Shown here piece by piece: positions 54,571 through 64,000 of a stretch of 64,000 nt of DNA. Positions within the stretch are counted from its first letter, which is position 1, and every line of letters begins with the position of its first letter. Origin of the DNA: Octopus vulgaris (Eukaryota); contig OX597835.1 in the NCBI GenBank assembly GCA_951406725.2, positions 48,546,001 through 48,610,000 of the forward strand, written 5' to 3'. The notes under the pieces are model-generated. The model was not told the DNA's origin, searched no databases, and saw only the letters and a program-made list of their open reading frames with translations. Made by a program: the position numbers and the translations under genes.

Positions 54571-56697
54571 ATGGACGCATATCACATAGATTATTCTATG
54601 AAAAATATACCGATCCCATCAAAGGATTTTTACTCTAAGAAACTTCTGCAAAAAATTACTGATGTAATTAAGCGTATGAGATGGAAGGCTTTCTTTTTTG
54701 ACACAGAAGCGAACACCAAGGAAAACATTTGCTATCGGATAAAATCCAAAAAATTCCCTCCTAGGATTAAAGGCTTAGAAGATTTCGAAGCGGACCTGCT
54801 GAAGATCATGAGCAAAATAAAGTTTCGTAAGTCTTTTAACAATTTCCAACATAAATTGAAGAAAGATATTGATCATATAAAAAGCTCCAAGAAAAAAGCA
54901 CTTTTTTCGGATAAAACCAAGAACTTATACCTGGTAGATAACAGCAAATACACACAACTCTTACACAACAGCATCATTAATAATTATACTAAAGCTAGGG
55001 CACAGACATATAACGAAATTAATAAAGAAGCTAGCGTCATCGCCGCTAAACTTAAATTAGATAAAAAAATAGAAACCCTCCCCCAAAAAGAGGCCTTTAT
55101 TACTATTAAAGACCACAAAGAAAACTTCCTTTCCAATCCTAAATGTAGGCTTATCAACCCAGCCAAATCAGAACTAGGGATTATTAGCAAAGAAATTTTA
55201 GATAAAATAAATACGAAAATTAAGAGCGATACTAGGCTAGTGCAATGGTCCAATAGTATAGAAGTCGTAGACTGGTTTAAAGCTATTAAGAATAAGAAAA
55301 AAGCGAGGTTTACACAATTCGATATTGTTGATTTTTATGCCTCTATCTCTAAAGAACTGCTAGATAAAGCCCTAATCTTCGCTAGTGACTTCATAGAAAT
55401 TAGTACCAATGATAAGGATATAATCTTCCATGCTAGAAAGACATTACTTTTCAGTGAGAATGCAAAGTGGGTAAAAAACACCGACACGGAGGGCGCTTTC
55501 GATGTGAGCATGGGTTCATATGATGGGGCAGGCATCTGTGATCTAATTGGACTCTTTCTCCTAGATACCTTCAGTAAGACATTCCCTAACGTACATTTCG
55601 CCATCTACAAAGATGATGCCCTCGCCTTAACAGCTAATACAAATGGACCAGCACAAGATCGTTTTAGGAAGGATATTATCCAGTTAATGAAACACTTCGG
55701 ACTTAGTATAACTATAGACACTAACCTGACGGTTGTCAATTTCTTAGACGTTTCCTTAGATCTTAATAATAATATTTATAAGCCTTATAGGAAGCCCAAT
55801 GATAGACTAAGTTATATTAATGTAGGTTCATGCCATCCCCCTATAGTATTCAAAAATTTAGTTAAAAATATTAGTAAGAGGATTTCTAGCCTCTCATCTA
55901 ATGAGGACATCTTCAATAGCGTTGCCCCAGTTTATAATAAAGCTTTAAAAGATAGTGGTTTTAGCGAAAATATAAAATATACACCTATCACCAGCCCAAC
56001 AATAAGGAAAAGGAATAATAGAAATAGGAAGGTCATCTGGTTTACGCCCCCTTACTCACCCGAGGTGGCCTTCAATATAGGTAAATATTTCCTAGCACTG
56101 ATAGATAGACATTTTCCAGTTAACCATGCTTATAGGAAACTCTTCAATAGACACAATTTAAAAATTAGTTTTAGTTCAACTACCAATTTTAAAAACATAA
56201 TCAATCATAACATACAAAAAACACAAGAAGAAAACAGCTGTTCATGCAGGAATAAAGAATTGTGCCCGCTAAATGGAGCTTGCATGTCCAAGACCATCAT
56301 ATATGAGGCTACCGTAAACTCTATAACCACTAAAGACACCGTTTTGACGAAGAAATACGTGGGCCTGACAGAGGGTAATTTCAAGACCAGGTTCAATAAC
56401 CACACTTTGAGCTTTAGGCACTGGAACAAAAGAAAAGCGACACAATTATCCAATCATATTTGGTCTTTAAGAGATAAAGGTGTCGATTATAACATACAAT
56501 GGAAGATTTTGGCCAGATGTAAGCCCTATACTAACGGCAGCGGAAGGTGCGGTTTATGCGACATGGAGAGATGGCTTATCTGGAAAAGCAGCTTAGACCC
56601 TACCACATGTCTAAATACAAGGACAGAACTTTTCGGATCATGCCCACATGTGACTAAATTTCTGTTACGTTTTTGGTCCCCTAAAGAAAACGGATAG
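54571..56697 (+). CDS. Penelope-like reverse transcriptase + GIY-YIG endonuclease, intact 708 aa
   Basis: SDKT, CRLINPAKSELG, QFDIVDFYASIS, SMGSYDGA, IYKDDAL, VNFLDVSLDL, YRKP. Linker CSCRNKELCPLNGAC. Endonuclease IIYEA..YVGLTEGNFKTRFNNH..CGLC..E..LNTRTE..CPH. Confidence 0.96.
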   Translation: MDAYHIDYSMKNIPIPSKDFYSKKLLQKITDVIKRMRWKAFFFDTEANTKENICYRIKSKKFPPRIKGLEDFEADLLKIMSKIKFRKSFNNFQHKLKKDIDHIKSSKKKALFSDKTKNLYLVDNSKYTQLLHNSIINNYTKARAQTYNEINKEASVIAAKLKLDKKIETLPQKEAFITIKDHKENFLSNPKCRLINPAKSELGIISKEILDKINTKIKSDTRLVQWSNSIEVVDWFKAIKNKKKARFTQFDIVDFYASISKELLDKALIFASDFIEISTNDKDIIFHARKTLLFSENAKWVKNTDTEGAFDVSMGSYDGAGICDLIGLFLLDTFSKTFPNVHFAIYKDDALALTANTNGPAQDRFRKDIIQLMKHFGLSITIDTNLTVVNFLDVSLDLNNNIYKPYRKPNDRLSYINVGSCHPPIVFKNLVKNISKRISSLSSNEDIFNSVAPVYNKALKDSGFSENIKYTPITSPTIRKRNNRNRKVIWFTPPYSPEVAFNIGKYFLALIDRHFPVNHAYRKLFNRHNLKISFSSTTNFKNIINHNIQKTQEENSCSCRNKELCPLNGACMSKTIIYEATVNSITTKDTVLTKKYVGLTEGNFKTRFNNHTLSFRHWNKRKATQLSNHIWSLRDKGVDYNIQWKILARCKPYTNGSGRCGLCDMERWLIWKSSLDPTTCLNTRTELFGSCPHVTKFLLRFWSPKENG

Positions 56698-56892
56698 AAC
56701 ATGCTTTCTGTGTTATGTCCCAAGAAGATTTTATATATTTTTATATATTTTTATATATTTTTTATGTATTTTTATATAATTTTTATGACGAAAAATGCGA
56801 GCGATGTATAAGTACGCAGGCAAAGCAGAGTTATAACAGAGTAATTTCCCTTCATTTTTAACGGTATTTTTTCATAACGTTTTCAAATAGCC

Positions 56893-56955
56893 AGATAACC
56901 GAAGAGATGGTGTTGTGGATTTCCACTTCGGCATCTGAAACTCAGAGTTTTATCT
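56893..56955 (+). ncRNA. Variant hammerhead in the 3' pLTR
   Basis: Identical to 54303-54365, 2590 nt downstream. Confidence 0.65.
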
Positions 56956-57053
56956 TGACTACCGAGTAATGTAACATATTGTATAGATAAATTTCCTCTA
57001 TTTACATAATATTGAGGTCTCTTTCTTTCTTTTGTTATCTTACCGTTTTATCA

Positions 57054-57086
<33 letters not shown>

Positions 57087-57275
57087 TATATAATATATAT
57101 ACGTACATGTATATATATGTATATATATATATATATATACATATATATTTATATATACGAACATATGCATGTCTGCGCGCACGACTATACGTGTGTATAC
57201 ACTTATACGTACATCGATAAAGAATATTTTTATAGTTCATTAAACAGTTCAGAAAAATCTACGCTACTTACATGA

Positions 57276-57330
<55 letters not shown>

Positions 57331-57347
57331 TATACACATATACATAA

Positions 57348-57388
<41 letters not shown>

Positions 57389-57883
57389 ATATATATGTAT
57401 ATATATGTATATGTATATATGAATGCACATTATGTATATACATTCATATATAACCACCCATACGCACACGTCCACATACACACACATAAACACACATATA
57501 CCCACACATCAAGAAAAAGAAACTCGCATGTAGATATAAAACGGGAGATGCATATTCTTGGTCGAATGTCGTCGTTTAACTTTCAGCAAAGTAGATTTGT
57601 CTAATCCCGAATGACCTATGTGTACCTATATGGAGTGGAAATGGTAAGAGGGTTGCGGCCCCAGGGGAGCTGTGAGCAGAAGTATGCACTCACCCATTTT
57701 GAAGAGAAGCGACTCGTAGCAGATATGACTCAGGAAAACATACCTTGATTCTCTAGAGAGAAGCAAAAGCAAGCGAGTTACGTCGGACCATCACTAGACT
57801 CCATGAAAATAAACGCGCACATCCATATTTGCATACTTACATACATGCCAACATATAGACACATATATACACATATATATATG

Positions 57884-57943
<60 letters not shown>

Positions 57944-58031
57944 ATATATGTATAGTTATACAGCTATATACATAAATATATGTACCAACATATATGCGAA
58001 CATATTTCTGTAGATGCTGTATATAGGTATG

Positions 58032-58072
<41 letters not shown>

Positions 58073-58651
58073 ATATATATATATATATATATACATATAC
58101 ACACATATGTGTGTGTGTATGTATATTTGTTATATATATACGTATGTATATATGTGTGTGTGCGTGTGTATGTTTGTATGTTTGTATGTTTGACTGCTTA
58201 TATAATTTTAGAAATATAAGCAATATATGTAAAGATAATTCTTATAATCTACATATATATATATAAGTATATATAATGTATTTATGTATGTATATATATA
58301 TGCATATATATGTGTGTGTACATGTGTGTATATGTATATATATATGTGTACTATGTATATAGTAATAAACATATGTGCATACGTATGTAAATACAAATAT
58401 ATACATTTGTATGTACATACAAATATATATACATACAAACTTTTGTAATACCATATATATATATATACTTGAATGTGCATATCTGTATACGTCTGTATGT
58501 GTGCGTGTGCCTACTTGGGTACGCAAGTAAGTATGCCGGTGTGTACGGGTATATATATTCATACATATATGCATATGTATCTATATATATATACCTATAT
58601 GTTATGTACGTATGTATATATATATATATACATATATATACATATATATAC

Positions 58652-58785
<134 letters not shown>

Positions 58786-59026
58786 CTTCTGTATGCATAT
58801 AATTGCATGTATATAAATGGTAGAGCATTCGCGTTGTTTGTGCAAGTGAGTATGATGTGACAGGGAGAGACAGTCTCGTTCGTGTCTGCGAGGCATCCAT
58901 TTGACTAATAAACGTTTGAAATTTAAAACAGTTCAAAACTCACAAACACATAAATTACACATATTTACCTATACATACAAAGGAATATGTACATACACGC
59001 ACACACACACACACACACACATGTAT

Positions 59027-59063
<37 letters not shown>

Positions 59064-59067
59064 CATA

Positions 59068-59118
<51 letters not shown>

Positions 59119-59385
59119 GTATATATATGTATATATATAGGCGGCATTAAAAACTTTTTTTTTTTTCTTGTGTGTATACGCAAATATATGCTCGCTATTT
59201 ATTGTTTCATGTTTTCTTCCATATTTAGGAATTGGAATTGCTTTAAGTAAACATTTATTATGTATTTAAAATATATTTTAAAATGGTTTCCGCATGACAT
59301 GTATGAAAATATGCATTTACTGTATACTAATGCACAGACATGCCACCACTTATATTTCTATACAGCCACACATGCATACACACAC

Positions 59386-59508
<123 letters not shown>

Positions 59509-59521
59509 GATATACATATAT

Positions 59522-59609
<88 letters not shown>

Positions 59610-59916
59610 ACGTATATAGAGAGATGGATACCTATGTGCGTGTGTGGACAGGATCTCGCGTAAGTATGTATTTATATATGTATGTTTTTATGAGGGTGTA
59701 TACACCCGCTGACACACTCTCTCACTCACTCACTCACACACGCACACTCAGACACACATATTTATATTCACACATGTATACACATACGTACAAAGTTTTG
59801 CATGTGTCTATTTCTGTGTATATGTGAATTTACAGACACACACACAGGCGCGCAAACATGTATTAATCTCTATTTATTCATACATGTATATATATATGTA
59901 TGTATATATATATATG

Positions 59917-59968
<52 letters not shown>

Positions 59969-60374
59969 TATATTTGCTTCTTTGATCCTGTGTATGCGTG
60001 TATATGTCTGTACTGTATGTGTGCATTCGTGTATATGTCTGACGTCATTCTCTGTACTTCTCCGTACAATCATAGAATTTCGGACTACATGGCTCTTTCG
60101 ACACTGTGCCCATACCCAAGACAATTAACTCTCGCTGGCCCAATGCAGTTTCCTGTGAATAAGTTCCATGGGGAGCTCTGCAAATATAACAGGTGTTTTC
60201 TCATCTTTTACTTCTTCACATCTTCCTCTGAGCTTACAGAAAAATAACTAGACATTGCCTACCCTCTATGCCATTTTTTAAATGTTTCTTTTTTGTGTTG
60301 CTTTGGGAATTTTACGGATATTCTTATTGGCATTCAGGTTGATCATACATATCTTCGGTCTAAATTAACAAACT

Positions 60375-60960
60375 TCGTTGTGTGTTAAAAACTTTGCTTC
60401 CCAACCTAATGGTCCCGGTGTCAGTCCCACTGCGTGGCACCTTGGGCAAATGTCTTTTACTATAGCACCAGACCGTACAAAGCCTTGGGAGTAGATTTGG
60501 TAGACGGGAACTGAAAGAAGTATATATATATGATAAACAAATAACAACAGAAAATCACTTGGAACCAGCAACTCCCTTGGATCTGGACTCTATTGAGCAT
60601 AGTACATTTGGTGCAGTGTTTGTGCATATATGCAACCTTGGGACTGGTCGTATATTCACTCGGTCGTTTCTGATTCTACTCACTACCGAAGTATGTACGT
60701 ATTTGTTCTTCAAATATTGCTTGTACGCGATAGCGGTTTCACTGGCCGATCTTGATGCTTTACTATCTAAGGACCTGATTTGCTTCATCCCAAAATTAAT
60801 GTGTGTGCGTGTGTGTGTGTGTGTGTGTTTGTCTTCCAAGAGCGCCGAACCAACGGTGCATTTAGTTTACGTCCTCCAAAGCAACCATTCGGCAATGAAG
60901 GCGATAGAATAAGTGCCAGGCGCAATAACTAAGTCCTTGGGCAGATTAGCTCAACTAAAT
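60375..60960 (+). mobile_element. SINE family A split at its internal microsatellite by about 270 bp of unrelated sequence
   Basis: Head CAGTCCCACTGCGTGGCACCTTGGGCAA..GAACTGAAAGAAG to 60520. Decayed tail (GCGATAGAATAAGTGCCAGGC) at about 60830-60960. Confidence 0.65.
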
Positions 60961-61399
60961 TTTTCCCAAGTATTTACTTACATAAACTGATGCATATTGG
61001 CATGTCCTTAGAGGTCAATTCCCACCTGGTTCCTTCCTTTCGGTTTCAAATAAAGACAATAACAATCTCCCTTTCCAACAGTGAAATACGAATGTTCTGC
61101 TCAATCAAGGGTAACAGATCGAGAAGTTTTGAACCCTGAAATTCCAAACGTTCGTAACATCAGTATTCTAAGCAACTTCTAGGTTATGCTTCCATTGATT
61201 CCCTTTTTGAGGGAAGTTGCATGTGCAGCATTTGACAAATGTATGGACTAAGATACCCTGTCATATCATTGCAAGGAGCCTGTTGGTGTTATTCGGCCAC
61301 ATCCAGAGATAACGTCGTCGAGTGCCGTCGAATAAGCTCTGGATAGCCGAAAGGGTGGCTGCTTTCATTTCTTCAGAACATTACACTTGTAATTCGTTT

Positions 61400-62900
<1,501 letters not shown>

Positions 62901-63333
62901 TGTTTCTCTAGGATCTGTTTTCAGCACCCGTTCACGGAATAAATCAAAGTGCACAATGTGAAAGCACATCTTTAATACAATGCTGAAAAAGTGCTGCTTC
63001 TGGTTTATGAAATAAAAAAATTTTCACTTGGATCTCTTGCGGGAACTGGCGCTGAAAATAGTGTTGGAAAGAATGTAACTGGTCACGAAAGATTTGATAA
63101 GACCTTTCCTTTTCTCTTTATTTGGATTACATTTTATTCTTCGATAAACCCACACAATAGTTTTATTGTTGTGGCACATCGATTTTAAACATGTGAAGAA
63201 TTTCGATTTTTACTTTAGACGACAATTCATTTGCGTAGAAAGCCTTAAGCTCAGATTGAGTACTGCATTGTGAATACACCACCTTCCCACACTTACACGT
63301 CCTCATATATATATATATTTATATATTTATGTA

Positions 63334-63367
<34 letters not shown>

Positions 63368-63369
<2 letters not shown>

Positions 63370-63530
63370 CGCAGGAGTGACTGTGTGGTAAGTAGCTTGT
63401 TTACCAGCCACATGGTTCCAGGTTCAGTCCCACTGCGTGGCACCTTGGGTAAGTGTCTTCTACTATAGCCTCGGGCCGACCAAAGCCTTGTGAGTGGATT
63501 TGGTAGACGGAAACTGAAAGAAGCCCGTCG
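63368..63530 (+). mobile_element. SINE family A, 5' half
   Basis: GGCGCAGGAGTGACTGTGTGGTAAG..GGTTCAGTCCCACTGCGTGGCACC..GAAGCCCGTCG followed by (TA)n. Confidence 0.88.
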
Positions 63531-63654
63531 TATATATGTATATATATATATATAGTCAATTCAAATAAACTAATAACATTAACAATAATAATAGACAACA
63601 AGAGGACTTGCACAAGGAATGTATTAGTTTTACGCTCAGTAAAAACAGAGAGTG

Positions 63655-63690
63655 TTTTGACGTTTCGAGCACAGCTCTTCGTCGGAAAGG
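63655..63690 (-). ncRNA. Minimal hammerhead (U4C core) in a pLTR-like element 63555-63771 inserted in (TA)n
   Basis: Minus strand: ttt CCGACGA a gagc-tgt-gctc GAAA CG TC aaa. Palindromic ACGT stem III and GUC triplet. Confidence 0.75.
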
Positions 63691-63768
63691 AGAAAGGGAA
63701 AAGTCCAAAGAATGAAAGGAAATCGCCAACAGCATGAGTGTAGTTATATTGCTGCATATAATACATGC

Positions 63769-63838
<70 letters not shown>

Positions 63839-64000
63839 TGTGTCTGTGTGCGTATATATTTGATAGATAGATAGATAGGTAGATGGATAGATAGATAGAG
63901 GAAGAGAGAGAGATGAAAGGCTCTGAAGTGTGTATGTGAAGAATTTACAAAGTTTCGTACAAAATCCTTCTTCATGAAGCAAAAGTGCTTTAGGCCTCAT

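Larger units (their letters stand above)
51357..57056 (+). mobile_element. Penelope-like element (EN+, probably Hydra clade): inverted 3' fragment + 5'-truncated copy + full unit
   Basis: 51357-52309 is the reverse complement of 53447-54399. 52308-54466 is repeated at 54897-57056 (period 2590). (TA)n on both flanks. Confidence 0.96.

Overview
AT-rich, microsatellite-saturated animal genomic DNA. The SINE families and (TA)n/(CA)n/(TAA)n load look like an Octopus genome, which is inference only. Nearly all ORFs in the track are microsatellite artefacts. Real content: (1) a very young Penelope-like retrotransposon (RT + C-terminal GIY-YIG, probably Hydra clade) inserted in (TA)n as inverted fragment + 5'-truncated copy + intact copy (51357-57056, period 2590 bp), with a variant hammerhead ribozyme (HHR) in each terminal repeat. 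(2) Many short non-coding elements, mostly in or beside TA/CA microsatellites, that carry HHR motifs: canonical cores at 40734 (+) and 41230 (-), CCGA-variant cores at 33188 and 63655, and several relics. Two short insertions sit at the centre of inverted-repeat pairs and one is a 560-bp partial-tandem unit. (3) R4/Dong-type RLE LINEs targeting (TAA)n, including a tandem pair with an in-frame poly-Glu tract and a chimeric junction to a second LINE family. (4) Three tRNA-derived SINE families and a 208-bp fold-back element. (5) A few phase-compatible candidate exons of an unidentified + strand host gene. The most interesting signal is the multi-family set of hammerhead-bearing, TA-targeting elements next to a plausible autonomous partner. 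All RNA structures were folded by eye and none has been tested.
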